Source of the DNA: Candidatus Sungiibacteriota bacterium
GTDB taxonomy: Bacteria; Patescibacteriota; Minisyncoccia; Sungbacterales; SURF-37
Assembly (NCBI GenBank): GCA_016186145.1
Contig: JACPMF010000006.1
Coordinates: 1,906 to 65,905, forward strand
Length of the DNA: 64,000 nucleotides
Reading direction: 5' to 3'
Positions 27,566-37,794 of the stretch are shown here, in pieces. The notes under the pieces were generated by a model. It worked only from the letters and a program-made list of their open reading frames with translations. It searched no databases and was not told the origin of the DNA. A program made the translations under genes and the position numbers. Positions within the stretch are counted from its first letter, which is position 1. Each line of letters begins with the position of its first letter.

Positions 27566-28558
27566 ATGTCTTTCCGCATTCTTTTGATCTTCGCCGCATT
27601 CGGCGGATTTCTCCTCGCGTTTTACATCCGGCATAAGAAACACGCGCGGGAGAAAATGGTCTGTCCGCTCGATTCCGATTGCGATGCGGTAGTCTACAGC
27701 AAATACGCGACTTTTCTTGGAATCCCCGTAGAAATACTCGGCCTTTTTTACTACGGCTTTATTGCGGTAAGTTACGCGATCTTTCTTGGCATCCCGTCTT
27801 TTGCTTCCACCTTGACCGTATTCGGGACGCTAGTGATAACGGCTGCAGCTTTTCTTTTTTCGCTCTACCTGACTTTTATCCAGGCGTTCGCCCTTAAACA
27901 GTGGTGCTCATGGTGTTTGACGTCTGCCGGTCTTTGCACCGTAATTTTTGGGACTGCGCTCATAAGTTCGGAATTTAGTTTTTTAGGGCTCCTTGCCCAG
28001 TATCGCGGCTTTATCCTAGCAGTGCATATTTTAGGCGTTGCTCTCGGCCTTGGCGGAGCAACGATTACCGATATTTTCTTTTTCAAGTTTTTAAAAGACT
28101 TCCGGATTTCAGACTGGGAAGCCGAAGTAATGCACACGCTATCCCAAGTAATTTGGTTTTCCCTTGCCATTTTGGTATTGGGCGGAATCGGCCTTTATCT
28201 CCCGGAGGCGCATGAGTTTAATCAGTCGCCGAAGTTTCTTTTAAAAATGGTTGTCGTTTCCGTATTGGTCGTAAACGGCGCGTTTCTCAACCTATTCATT
28301 GCTCCGAAGTTAATTCACATTTCCTTCGGCCAGAAGCACGACCATGAAGCCGGGGAACTTCGCCGTATTCGAAAATTTGCCTTCGCGCTGGGGGCAATTT
28401 CCATTGCCTCATGGTATTCGGCATTTCTACTCGGTTTTTTGCCAAGGGGCGTCTTTCCGGAATTTTGGACGCCTCTTTTCGGCTACCTTTTAATCGTGGG
28501 CGCGGGAGTAGCTACAAGCCAGCTTCTTGAACGGCTGTTTTCAAAAAAGGCGCCGTAA
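27566..28558 (+). CDS. Vitamin K epoxide reductase (VKOR) family protein with extra membrane domain
   Basis: C-x5-C..V..S.YA loop and CSWC redox motif. Confidence 0.88.
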   Translation: MSFRILLIFAAFGGFLLAFYIRHKKHAREKMVCPLDSDCDAVVYSKYATFLGIPVEILGLFYYGFIAVSYAIFLGIPSFASTLTVFGTLVITAAAFLFSLYLTFIQAFALKQWCSWCLTSAGLCTVIFGTALISSEFSFLGLLAQYRGFILAVHILGVALGLGGATITDIFFFKFLKDFRISDWEAEVMHTLSQVIWFSLAILVLGGIGLYLPEAHEFNQSPKFLLKMVVVSVLVVNGAFLNLFIAPKLIHISFGQKHDHEAGELRRIRKFAFALGAISIASWYSAFLLGFLPRGVFPEFWTPLFGYLLIVGAGVATSQLLERLFSKKAP

Positions 28559-28600
28559 ACCCCGTTAGAAGTCGCGGACGCATGATATCATCGCATCTTT

Positions 28601-29347
28601 ATGTTTTCCATTTTTCTTACGTACATTCTTGTCGGATTTTTTAGCGCATTTTTGCTTCCGCAATTAATGCCGGTCGCCATCCTTCAAAAGCTGATTTATT
28701 ACGCAAAAAATTTTGAAACAAGCCATCGTGACCGAATTCTCAAACCGCTCGTATTGCCGCTTATTCGGCTGGGCATCCATCCTAACGTTATAACCATTCT
28801 CGGTTTTTTACTGGTCTTTGCCGTTGCGTACGGTTTTTTAGTCGAAGCAAATCCTTTATTTTTGTTTTTCGCAGCGCTTTTTGCGGGATTAAGCGATATG
28901 TTTGACGGTGTGCTGGCGCGCGCTTCGGGAAAAGTAACGATGCTTGGCGGTATCCTCGATGGCTCCAGGGATTTTTTTCTTTTCATAGTGCTTACCGCGC
29001 GATTCGTCTTCGCTAATTCCGTTCCATACACCCTTATTCTTTGGTTTATCGTCGGTGCTGCCGCTATTGAGGTATTGAAAGCCGGTGGAATAATTAAGAA
29101 CGGGATATTCGTCGGTTTCGGTTCGTCGACGAAAAAGCGTCTTGGCGGCGAGGGCAAATTGTCCATTGATCGCGCGAAATTTTTTTTCTATATTGCGGGA
29201 TGCCTCGGCATTCTTCTTGGCGAGGTGTGGCTGCCAGGCATCTATGCAGGCTATGTGTTCCTTACGGGCGCCATTGTGCTGGTTTTTCTTTCTATCATAT
29301 GCCACGCGGTTTTGCTTCGTATGCCGTATGAAGGCCATCCTGCCTAA
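28601..29347 (+). CDS. CDP-alcohol phosphatidyltransferase
   Basis: PNVIT, DMFDGVLAR...GGILD. Confidence 0.88.
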   Translation: MFSIFLTYILVGFFSAFLLPQLMPVAILQKLIYYAKNFETSHRDRILKPLVLPLIRLGIHPNVITILGFLLVFAVAYGFLVEANPLFLFFAALFAGLSDMFDGVLARASGKVTMLGGILDGSRDFFLFIVLTARFVFANSVPYTLILWFIVGAAAIEVLKAGGIIKNGIFVGFGSSTKKRLGGEGKLSIDRAKFFFYIAGCLGILLGEVWLPGIYAGYVFLTGAIVLVFLSIICHAVLLRMPYEGHPA

Positions 29348-29406
29348 AGCAGATTAAATACGCGGAGGCCTTGCATTCTTTTGCAGCATTCTTTATTATC
29401 AAATTT

Positions 29407-29481
29407 ATGACTTTTGCGGTAATCAAAACCCCGCACCAAAACCTTCGGTTTGGTACGGGGCAGGCCGGCAGGAAACACTAA
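29407..29481 (+). pseudogene. Decayed 5' copy of rplU with a 36 bp palindromic insertion
   Basis: MTFAVIKT[PHQNLRFGTGQA]GRKH* versus MATFAVIKTGGKQY. Confidence 0.8.
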
Positions 29482-29483
29482 AT

Positions 29484-29804
29484 ATGGCAACATTCGCGGT
29501 AATTAAAACTGGAGGCAAACAATACCTGATAACTCCGGGCCAAAAACTAAAAATCGAAAAACTTGATGCCGATGGGGGCGCAGTGGTTTCGTTTAGCGAG
29601 GTTCTTCTTGTCGTTGACGGCGTTACGGCAGAGATCGGAATGCCTTTTATCGGGGGGGCAAAGGTTGAAGCGGAGGTGCTGGGACAGGGGCGGGAGAGAA
29701 AGAAAATTGTTTTTAAGTATCACGCTAAGGCCAGATACAGAAAAAAGAAAGGACATCGCCAACCTTATACCGAAATAGAAATCAAAAAAATCGCTATGAA
29801 ATGA
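29484..29804 (+). CDS. rplU: 50S ribosomal protein L21
   Basis: AVIKTGGKQY, GHRQPYT. Confidence 0.97.
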   Translation: MATFAVIKTGGKQYLITPGQKLKIEKLDADGGAVVSFSEVLLVVDGVTAEIGMPFIGGAKVEAEVLGQGRERKKIVFKYHAKARYRKKKGHRQPYTEIEIKKIAMK

Positions 29805-30345
29805 ACAACCGCCGATTCTGTCGGCGGTTGTTCATTTTCGGTTCATCAGGGAGATACCGCGCCGTTGCATCTCCATCAGTTGTTGCATTTGTGGCAAGAA
29901 TTATTTCTACCTCCTGTCCTTCTTTTTTTAGTGACTCCACTCTTTGGAAGAGCTGGGGTACATGAAGCCGTGCGGGAGCCGCAGAATCCAGCGGATCTAT
30001 TGTTCCGTTCAAAATATGATACACTCCTGAAAATCTTTTTGTTTTTTCGATATTTATAAAATCGGCTTCCTTTTCCACCACCATGATATGAGCGTCATTC
30101 CGGGCCTTATCGCGGCAATTTCTGCAGACTAACGCGTTTGCGTCACTTCCTCGCTCGGCCGATACATAACATTTTCCGCAAAAACCAACTTGGTCGTGCA
30201 GTGTTTTCAAAATTTCGGCAAGCGCTTGCGCTGTTTTTCGCTCTTCACCCAAAAGATAAAAAGCGAATCGGGCGGCTTGGCGCGGACCGATGCCGGGAAA
30301 ACGGAGAAAGAGGCCGATGAGTTTTTGAACAGAAGGTGGATACAT
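29794..30345 (-). pseudogene. recR: RecR, C-terminally truncated
   Basis: FPGIGPRQAAR, C4 zinc finger, TOPRIM EIILATN..GDATARYL, then runs into the rplU terminator hairpin; usual C-terminal segment absent. Confidence 0.85.
29798..29838. terminator. Long hairpin terminator between rplU and recR
   Basis: AAATGAACAACCGCCGA-TTCTG-TCGGCGGTTGTTCATTT. Confidence 0.75.
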
Positions 30346-30445
30346 GCTTGCTATCGCTCTATCAACGAATTACGAATCTTTTACGAATCTACGAATATAA
30401 TGAATAAAATTCGTATATTCGCGACCGATTCGTAATTCGATGATG
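30346..30445 (-). repeat. CGAAT/ATTCG hairpin element, copy 1 (dnaB-recR)
   Basis: Homologous to the four other copies; ends at recR ATG. Confidence 0.9.
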
Positions 30446-30448
30446 CTT

Positions 30449-31813
30449 TTAGAACGCCTCGTCGTCAAACCCTTTTGCGAGCGAGTAGAAACTGACCGTG
30501 TTTTCATTAAAACCGAGTTCCACCACGCCGGTCGGTCCGTTTCGATGTTTGGCGATATGAATCTCCGCCACATTTTTTCGATCAGTGTTCTTTTTTACTT
30601 TGTCTTCGCGATAGATAAAAAGCACAACGTCGCTGTCCTGTTCTATGGTGCCGGAATCGCGCAAATCAGAAAGTTTCGGTATCGCATCATGCCGCATTTC
30701 AACTGCCCGAGAAAGCTGGGAAAGTGCGAGTACCGGAATGTTCAGTTCTTTTGCAAGACCCTTAAGCGACCGAGAAATCTCTGAAACTTCTTGAACCCGG
30801 CTTTCGGAATTATCCGACCCCTTAATCAGTTGCAGGTAGTCAACGACTACAAGGCCAAGGCCTTTATGTTCTGCTTGCAACCTGCGGGCCATTGCCCGTA
30901 TTTGCATAACGCTTGGGGAAGCAACATCGTCAACAAATATCGGGGCCTGTGAAAGCGAATCCATTGCGCTTTGGATTTTAACAAGGTCATCGTCGGAAAG
31001 ATTGCCGGTTCGCAACCGCCATAAATCCACCTCTGCTTCGGCTGCGATCAGCCGGTCTACCACCTGATCTTTCGACATTTCAAGAGAGAAAAAACCAACC
31101 GGCATTTTTTCGTTGATTGCAACGCTTCTGACGATATCAAGCGCGAGGGCGGTTTTCCCCAAACTTGGCCGTGCAGCAAGAACCACAAGATCTGATTTCT
31201 GCAAACCGGAAAGTTTGCCATCAATGTCTAAAAAACCTGTTGCCACGCCACGGATTTTCCGTTCCCCCGAATGCGACATTTCGATCCGCTGCCATGCTTC
31301 CTCCAACGCCTCTTTAACATGGAAAAAATTCTGCTGGAGCGAGTAATTCGAAACCCCGAAGATCTTTTGTTCCGCTTCGTCCAATAATTTTTCGATATCC
31401 TGTTTTTCGTCATACGCGAGTTCGGAAATAGTCGAGGCCGCCGCGATAAGATCCCGGTGGACTTTTTTTCGGTTCACGGTTTTCGCATAATGACTGGCAT
31501 TGGAAGCTGTGGGCACGAAATTTACCAGCGTCGTGAGGTATGTCATGCCGCCGATTGGGTCAAGCTCCTTTCGGTCTTTAAGGCGGTTTTTGACGCTCAC
31601 AATGTCTATCGGCTCGCGTTTTTCAATAAGATCGAGCATTGCCTGAAAAATCTGCTGGTGCGCCGGCTTGTAAAAATCAGCCGGGCGGATAAGGTCCGCA
31701 ACCCGGAATATCGCGTCTTTATCGAGCATAAGCGAACCAAGCACCGACATTTCGGCATCAATGCTTTGCGGAGGCATGCGAGCACCACCGATTTTTTTTG
31801 ATTCGTTTGGCAT
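30449..31813 (-). CDS. dnaB: Replicative DNA helicase
   Basis: PPQSIDAE, AARPSLGKT, SLEM, DYLQL, LSQLSR, DLRDSG. Confidence 0.98.
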   Translation of the reverse strand: MPNESKKIGGARMPPQSIDAEMSVLGSLMLDKDAIFRVADLIRPADFYKPAHQQIFQAMLDLIEKREPIDIVSVKNRLKDRKELDPIGGMTYLTTLVNFVPTASNASHYAKTVNRKKVHRDLIAAASTISELAYDEKQDIEKLLDEAEQKIFGVSNYSLQQNFFHVKEALEEAWQRIEMSHSGERKIRGVATGFLDIDGKLSGLQKSDLVVLAARPSLGKTALALDIVRSVAINEKMPVGFFSLEMSKDQVVDRLIAAEAEVDLWRLRTGNLSDDDLVKIQSAMDSLSQAPIFVDDVASPSVMQIRAMARRLQAEHKGLGLVVVDYLQLIKGSDNSESRVQEVSEISRSLKGLAKELNIPVLALSQLSRAVEMRHDAIPKLSDLRDSGTIEQDSDVVLFIYREDKVKKNTDRKNVAEIHIAKHRNGPTGVVELGFNENTVSFYSLAKGFDDEAF

Positions 31814-31989
31814 AGTAAGCGGCGGGGGAATATAAGCTCGAAAATAGAATGGGGATTATGAAGACCCCGTTATCATACATTTTATGAAAATCGAGGTCGA
31901 CTTGACAAGAGGAAAAAGTGGTGATAACGTGTTAGTATTCTTTCACAACTTTTTGTGTTCACTCCAACTTTAACAAACCAGGAGAAACA

Positions 31990-32598
31990 ATGCCGAAAGG
32001 CCGTAAAACACGAGAGATGACAGAGACACGGAAAGACGCGATTGAGGCAGAAATCGCAAAAGGCATAACAAGCGTCAGAGAGATTGCACGAGTTCTTCAT
32101 GGACATCCGGGGTTTGATGCTGAAACATTCGAAGGCACTTCCGAGGGTATCCGTAGATACTTCAAAAAACGGAAGCTTTCGGCATCGCAACAGCCACGAA
32201 CCCACGCCTCTATGATAACGGCCATTGCTGCTTCTGCAGCAACTTCGGCAAGCTCAATTCAAACATTTCTCGAAAAATACCAAATCCGTCTGCCTGCCGG
32301 ACAGATTAGCGAATTTAACCGTTTTATTACCGCATTGACGGCCGTTGCCCGTCCGTTAGAGGAACGAGCCCTGCGGGTACCGATAATGGAAGAGAGGATT
32401 CGTGAATTGGAAGCATCTGTCCGTGATTTGAAATCGAATTTGCCGACAGTCATTTTGGAGGAGGAAAACCGCCGCCTTCGCGGTGTTATCGAAAAACAGG
32501 AAACAGTAATCGAAACCCTGAAAAGAACCAAGGGCTATCGAGGTGGGCGCATATTAACCCCGGAAAGCCACCTTGTGGTGAGTGCGGGGAGAGATTAA
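31990..32598 (+). CDS. Hypothetical coiled-coil protein
   Basis: AGGAG SD, TTGACA promoter at 31902, terminator AGGCCGTA/TACGGCCT at 32633-32660. Confidence 0.7.
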   Translation: MPKGRKTREMTETRKDAIEAEIAKGITSVREIARVLHGHPGFDAETFEGTSEGIRRYFKKRKLSASQQPRTHASMITAIAASAATSASSIQTFLEKYQIRLPAGQISEFNRFITALTAVARPLEERALRVPIMEERIRELEASVRDLKSNLPTVILEEENRRLRGVIEKQETVIETLKRTKGYRGGRILTPESHLVVSAGRD

Positions 32599-32694
32599 TA
32601 ACTAAGAAATACGATGTGGATAAGACTCCTTCAGGCCGTAGCAATACGGCCTTTCATTTTGTTACGGGGAAGGTTCTTGTTATACTATCAAGGT

Positions 32695-33834
32695 ATGTCC
32701 TTGCGGTGGAATATTTTTTCTTCATCCCAAAAAACGGTCAAGCATAGACTCTTTATTGATGTTGGATCGAGCGCTATCCGTTCTCTCCTTGTAGAATCAG
32801 GCCCCAAAGGACACCTGGGGATCAAAAAGCGAGTTCATTATCTTCCGGTGATGGCGGAGAGAAGCAGGTTTTTAAAAAAAGTTAGCGGGCAATTCCATGA
32901 AATCATCTTCCGCTACATAAAAAGTTTAGGTTCCATTCCTGAAAAGATCGTGATCAGCGCCTCTCCACCGCTTGCCCCGGTTGCCGTTGAAGTCATAAAA
33001 AAGGAGCGGCATGACAAAAATAAGCCCGTCAGCGTAAAGGAAATAGAAGGCCTTCTTGCGGAAAAAATAACCCGTACGCCAAGCGCTGCATGGCACCCTC
33101 CGCAGTTAACCCGTCTTACCGTAGATGGCTATGATATTTCTTTGGAGGATACGGAAAACATCACCGGTTCTGTTATAGAACTTTCCGCGGCCTATCCCAC
33201 CTTTGAACCGGATTTTATCGAAGCGTTTTCTGCTTTGAATAAAACATGGGGAGGGTTGACGCTGGAAATCCATTCAACCCCGATTACGGTGGCTATGGCG
33301 ACAATAAAAAAACTTGCTGAGCGAAATTTTGCTATTATAAAGATTGGCGGAACCGCAACGACTGTCATTGCGGTCGCCTCAGGCACTATCTTATGGGTTG
33401 AATCGTTTCCTTTCGGCGGAGACGACGTAACCAGGGAGCTGGTGAATCAATTAAAAATAGAAATTGGTGAGGCCGAGGATATAAAGCGGCGTTTCGGCAA
33501 ATTCGTGCTGCCTCAAGCCCTTTCCGAGAAGGCAGAAGAGATTTTTAAGCGCCATGCGGAAAAACTTGCGGGGACGGTCGTTTCTCCGTTTCTAAAACGG
33601 CAAAATGCTTTTCCTCCCACCGTTTTCCTTTATGGGGGCGGGGCTAAAGATTCAGCGGTTCAAAAAACCTTGTCGGATCCGCATTGGTTTGAAAATACTA
33701 CTTTTGCGGAAAAATTGCGTGTTGAGGTTTTAGCCGGCGAGCGGTTTACTGACGGAGTACTGTTTAACTCGCCGCTCCAAGGACCGGACTATGTTGAACT
33801 TGCGGCCTCGGTTTTTAAGACACTCAACACTTAA
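32695..33834 (+). CDS. FtsA-like actin-fold protein (divergent)
   Basis: IDVGSSAI, IKIGGTAT, FGGDDVT, AEDIK, YGGGA. Confidence 0.75.
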   Translation: MSLRWNIFSSSQKTVKHRLFIDVGSSAIRSLLVESGPKGHLGIKKRVHYLPVMAERSRFLKKVSGQFHEIIFRYIKSLGSIPEKIVISASPPLAPVAVEVIKKERHDKNKPVSVKEIEGLLAEKITRTPSAAWHPPQLTRLTVDGYDISLEDTENITGSVIELSAAYPTFEPDFIEAFSALNKTWGGLTLEIHSTPITVAMATIKKLAERNFAIIKIGGTATTVIAVASGTILWVESFPFGGDDVTRELVNQLKIEIGEAEDIKRRFGKFVLPQALSEKAEEIFKRHAEKLAGTVVSPFLKRQNAFPPTVFLYGGGAKDSAVQKTLSDPHWFENTTFAEKLRVEVLAGERFTDGVLFNSPLQGPDYVELAASVFKTLNT

Positions 33835-33909
33835 AAAGACAACAACCATGGCGCGACAACGCATTATAAGTTGTCCGTTATAAGTTGTTGGCAATTAATG
33901 ATAAAAAAT

Positions 33910-35316
33910 ATGGCTGATTTCTTAAGAAAGATAGCCAAAGAAAGGGAGGAGAAAAGAGGCGGTAAAATCGTTCAAGACATCCTACCCCCGAAAAGCGGTC
34001 TGACGGCTAGAAAAAAGCCGCCCCTGCCCGCGATACAAGAAAAGGCCTCAAAAGAACCGGTGAAACCGAAAATCGAACAAAAGATTTCGCTTCCTTCGGT
34101 ACATTTCTGGAAACCCGCAGCAAGGCGCTTTAATCCCGCCCTTCTTTTGACCCGGCTGCTTTCTTCACGCCGCGCGCAAATAGGATCTGCCGCCGGTATT
34201 CTCATCCTTTTTACTATAATTTTCAGCATCGTTTTTGCATCAACTAAAATAACCATACGCCCAATTGCTGCCGACCTTTCGCTTTCGCCGCTTTCTATAA
34301 CCGCGGATCCGGGTACTAATACTGTTGACCTGGGGGCAAAAAAAATTCCAGCGCTCAAAATTGCGGTAGAAGATACCTATACCGCAACCCGCCAGTCTTC
34401 GGGAAAAAAATATGTTGAGGAACGCGCGACCGGAACTATTGCCATATTCAACCGTTTCGATTCTAACCCTCAAAATCTAGTCCGCACAACACGTTTTGTC
34501 GATTCTAACGGAAAAGTATTCCGTTTGGTAAATTCCGTTACGGTTCCGGGGGCTAAAATACAAGGAGGAAAAATAGTTCCGAGTTCGGTAGATGCTCAAG
34601 TTGTGGCCGACGGCCCCGGCCAAGATTACAATATACCGCCATCACGCTTTACGATTCCGGGTTTCCAAGGTTCTCCCAAATTTGAGGGGTTTTATGGCGA
34701 ATCCCGTTCTGCCATGAAGAATGGTTTTCGTGGTGAAGCTCGCGTGGTAACCGCCGAAGATATTAAAGCGGGGCAGGAGGAAGCAACCCGCCGGCTTTTC
34801 GAGGAATTAAGAAAAAAGCTTGATTCGAAAATTCCTCCGGGCAATGAATTTCTTTCCCTTGACGGTTCCCGGGATATCCGAATTGCAAAGGTAGTAAGCC
34901 CAAAAGCGGGGGAACGGAAAGAAGAATTTGCCATAGAAGCAAGCGGGATGGCCGAAGCGGTTGTGTTTCGCAAAACAGACCTTTTCGCATTTCTCGACTC
35001 CGCCCTGCTTTCCCCGGAACGGCCCTCAACAATATTGGAGGATACGAGCCAAATTGAATTTTCAGGCATCCAATTTGATATCGGAAAGGATATATTGGAA
35101 TTCACCGTTAAAGGATCTGCCACCGCAGTCCGTGTTATTCCGGTTGTAGAAATGCAAGCATTACTTGCCGGAAAAACCACTACGCAAGCCGAAGCATTTC
35201 TTCGCGGACGGCCGGAAATTGGCGGTTTTTCAATAAAAAATTCTCCATTCTGGCGATGGAAGACACCACGCCATCCTGAGGCAATTGAGGTGAAAGTGGA
35301 GATCCCGGCTGTCTGA
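33910..35316 (+). CDS. Membrane-anchored baseplate J-like domain protein typical of CPR
   Basis: TM, ATGTIAIFN, TRF, VVADGPGQDYNI, GGF pattern. Confidence 0.7.
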   Translation: MADFLRKIAKEREEKRGGKIVQDILPPKSGLTARKKPPLPAIQEKASKEPVKPKIEQKISLPSVHFWKPAARRFNPALLLTRLLSSRRAQIGSAAGILILFTIIFSIVFASTKITIRPIAADLSLSPLSITADPGTNTVDLGAKKIPALKIAVEDTYTATRQSSGKKYVEERATGTIAIFNRFDSNPQNLVRTTRFVDSNGKVFRLVNSVTVPGAKIQGGKIVPSSVDAQVVADGPGQDYNIPPSRFTIPGFQGSPKFEGFYGESRSAMKNGFRGEARVVTAEDIKAGQEEATRRLFEELRKKLDSKIPPGNEFLSLDGSRDIRIAKVVSPKAGERKEEFAIEASGMAEAVVFRKTDLFAFLDSALLSPERPSTILEDTSQIEFSGIQFDIGKDILEFTVKGSATAVRVIPVVEMQALLAGKTTTQAEAFLRGRPEIGGFSIKNSPFWRWKTPRHPEAIEVKVEIPAV

Positions 35317-35411
35317 TGCCATGCTAAGAATGCGATTTCGGGGGGTACGAATTAAAAGATTGACACCATAACGGCAATCTGCTAAACTCGTGTGGTGCCG
35401 TTATTATCACT

Positions 35412-35633
35412 ATGAAGGGCGAAAAACGGGGTATTTTAAAAGAAGGAGTGGTGACAGAAGCGCTCCCTGCTACTCTTTTCCGGGTTAAACTTGACGACGG
35501 CGCTGAAATCATTGCCCACCTTGCGGGAAGACTGCGCCTTCATTACATCCGGGTAATGGCGGGGGATCGCGTTCGGATAGAAATGTCGGAGTACGACGCC
35601 ACGAAGGGAAGAATTGTGCACCGCTTGAAATAA
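35412..35633 (+). CDS. infA: Translation initiation factor IF-1
   Basis: [28 protein letters not shown]. Confidence 0.97.
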   Translation: MKGEKRGILKEGVVTEALPATLFRVKLDDGAEIIAHLAGRLRLHYIRVMAGDRVRIEMSEYDATKGRIVHRLK

Positions 35634-35704
35634 TGTTAAATTTTGAATGCCGGATGCCGAATAGAAATTATTTAGCACCCAGCATTTATAATTTATAATT
35701 TTAT

Positions 35705-35818
35705 TTGAAAGTCCGAGCATCAGTTAAACGCATGTGCGCAAAATGCAAAGTAATACGGCGCAAGCGTCGTGTTTTTGTTATTTGCACAACCCCGAAACAT
35801 AAACAGCGCCAAGGGTAA
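35705..35818 (+). CDS. rpmJ: 50S ribosomal protein L36 (TTG start, not in ORF track)
   Basis: Translates [37 protein letters not shown]. Confidence 0.97.
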   Translation: MKVRASVKRMCAKCKVIRRKRRVFVICTTPKHKQRQG

Positions 35819-35917
35819 TTATCATCGAATTACGAATCAGCCGCGAATTTACGAATTTGATTCATTATTCGTAGATTCGTAAAAGATTCGTAATTCGTTG
35901 ATGAGGCGATAGCGAAC
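35819..35917 (+). repeat. CGAAT/ATTCG hairpin element, copy 2 (rpmJ-rpsM)
   Basis: Fills the whole intergenic gap, ends GCGATAGCGAAC-ATG. Confidence 0.9.
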
Positions 35918-36304
35918 ATGAGAATAGCCGGAACCAATATACCCGACAATAAAAAAATAGAATATGCATTGCCCTATATTTTCGGCGTCGGCTTAAGTTT
36001 GTCGCGAAAGATTCTCGTTGCGGCGCGTGTAAACAAATCCAAGCGCGCAAAAGAGCTTGCCCCTGATGAGGTAAGCCGGCTTCGTGAAATAATCGAAAAA
36101 AATTACAGAATTGAAGGGGAACTACGAAGAGAAATTTTAATAAACGTAAAACGCCTGAAAGACATCGGTACATATCGGGGTAACCGCCATATTCGGGGCC
36201 TTCCGGTCAGAGGACAGCGGACCAAAACGAATTCTCGCACCCGCCGCGGCAATGTGAGAAAAACAATGGGTTCAGGAAGAAAATCGGCAGCAAGTCCGAC
36301 ATAA
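35918..36304 (+). CDS. rpsM: 30S ribosomal protein S13
   Basis: RIAG, YRGNRH..GLPVRGQRTKTN. Confidence 0.98.
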   Translation: MRIAGTNIPDNKKIEYALPYIFGVGLSLSRKILVAARVNKSKRAKELAPDEVSRLREIIEKNYRIEGELRREILINVKRLKDIGTYRGNRHIRGLPVRGQRTKTNSRTRRGNVRKTMGSGRKSAASPT

Positions 36305-36424
36305 TTTTAAAACAATCCTCCTTCGCTAAAGCTATGGAGGACATCTTTCGCTACCACATAACGAGAGGTGTCCCTAATTAGATGGCTTGCCATCCGTAGC
36401 TCCGAGCGATGCGAGAAGCGAAGA

Positions 36425-36886
36425 ATGGGAAAAAAGCGAATCATAACCAAAGGAGATACTGAAGGTGCTGCCTCAAGCAAGGTGGAGGGGGTATCCGGCA
36501 CCAATGACGGCGGGCAGGGAAATCCGCAAGAGCGGCAACATGTTCAATATGGAGCCGCGTATATTCTTGCAACATATAACAATACCTTAATTTCGATTGC
36601 CGACGAGAATGGTAATACCATCGCGTGGTCGTCTGCCGGGGCAATGGGTTTTAAAGGCACTAAAAAAGCAACACCTTATGCGGCTTCGCGTGCCGCGGAG
36701 GCCGTAGCGGAAAAAGCAAAAAAGTGGGGTATAACAGGGGTAACTGTTTTTGTGAAAGGCGTCGGCTCCGGCCGCGAGTCGGCAATCAGATCGCTTGCTA
36801 ACTATGGCCTTGACATAGCAATGATTAAAGATATTACCCCAATCCCGCATAATGGTCCGAGGCCTTCGAAAGTCCGACGAGTATAA
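36425..36886 (+). CDS. rpsK: 30S ribosomal protein S11
   Basis: [26 protein letters not shown]; start at MGKKR. Confidence 0.97.
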   Translation: MGKKRIITKGDTEGAASSKVEGVSGTNDGGQGNPQERQHVQYGAAYILATYNNTLISIADENGNTIAWSSAGAMGFKGTKKATPYAASRAAEAVAEKAKKWGITGVTVFVKGVGSGRESAIRSLANYGLDIAMIKDITPIPHNGPRPSKVRRV

Positions 36887-36894
36887 CGAGGAGG

Positions 36895-36996
36895 ACCCAG
36901 CACATAAATTTACAATTGCCGTCTACTGCATTTCATAATTATTGCATCAGCCCCGCGACTAAAATTAATTGACGGATGTAAATTTATGTGCTGGGT
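36895..36996. mobile_element. MITE-like element with 20 bp perfect TIRs
   Basis: ACCCAGCACATAAATTTACA ... TGTAAATTTATGTGCTGGGT. Confidence 0.7.
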
Positions 36997-37062
36997 GCTG
37001 AATTTTGTGGCGAAATTTTGTTCACAAAACAAGTTTCGCTCCAAAATTTCGACAAAATTCGC

Positions 37063-37698
37063 ATGCCACTATCTCGACCGAAGGAAAAAATTGAAAGAAG
37101 AATAGGCGAGCGGCTCTTTTTAAAAGGGGAGCGCAGTTTTTCTCAAAAGGCAGGAGTTGCCCGAAGGCCATATCCTCCCGGACAACACGGCAAACGAAAA
37201 ACAGGAAGAGGCGGTTTTTCTGAATTCGGACAACAGCTAAAAGAAAAACAGAAAGTTCGGCACATCTATGGAATCAGCGACAGGGCGCTTAAAAAATATT
37301 TTACTTTGGCACGCAGAAACCGAGCAAAGCCTACCGACGAAACTCTTGCGGAACTTCTGGAGCGGCGTCTTGATAACGTAGTTTTTCGTCTTGGACTGGC
37401 ACTATCACGAAGCATTGGACGCCATATGGTAAGCTACGGGCACATAACGGTTAACGGAAAACGAGCTAAACAGCCGTCATTAACGGTCAAACCGAGTGAT
37501 ATTATTTCAATCGCGGAAAAATCGCGCAATCTCGGTTTTTTCCAAGATCTCGGAGAGCGGATGAAAAAATACTCGCCACCGGCATGGCTGGAGTTTGATC
37601 CGGAAAAATACGAAGGAAAACTCAGGCATACCCCGGCTCTTCAGGACATCTCCGGCCAGCAAAACATGTCATTAGTAGTTGAGTATTATTCGAGATAA
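37063..37698 (+). CDS. rpsD: 30S ribosomal protein S4
   Basis: PPGQHG, QLKEKQK, LERRLDNVVFRLG, VVEYYSR. Confidence 0.97.
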   Translation: MPLSRPKEKIERRIGERLFLKGERSFSQKAGVARRPYPPGQHGKRKTGRGGFSEFGQQLKEKQKVRHIYGISDRALKKYFTLARRNRAKPTDETLAELLERRLDNVVFRLGLALSRSIGRHMVSYGHITVNGKRAKQPSLTVKPSDIISIAEKSRNLGFFQDLGERMKKYSPPAWLEFDPEKYEGKLRHTPALQDISGQQNMSLVVEYYSR

Positions 37699-37794
37699 TA
37701 GAAGCGGATCGCTTCGCTTCACGCAGATCACAACGCGGAAAAACGCGGATCCGCATGAATCCGCGTAGCTATCCGCGTTTATCTGCCTTTAAAT

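Noticed and set aside
33910-35316. Prophage or contractile system from the baseplate J-like gene
   Set aside because: Lone membrane-anchored gene among core genes; no other phage structural genes.
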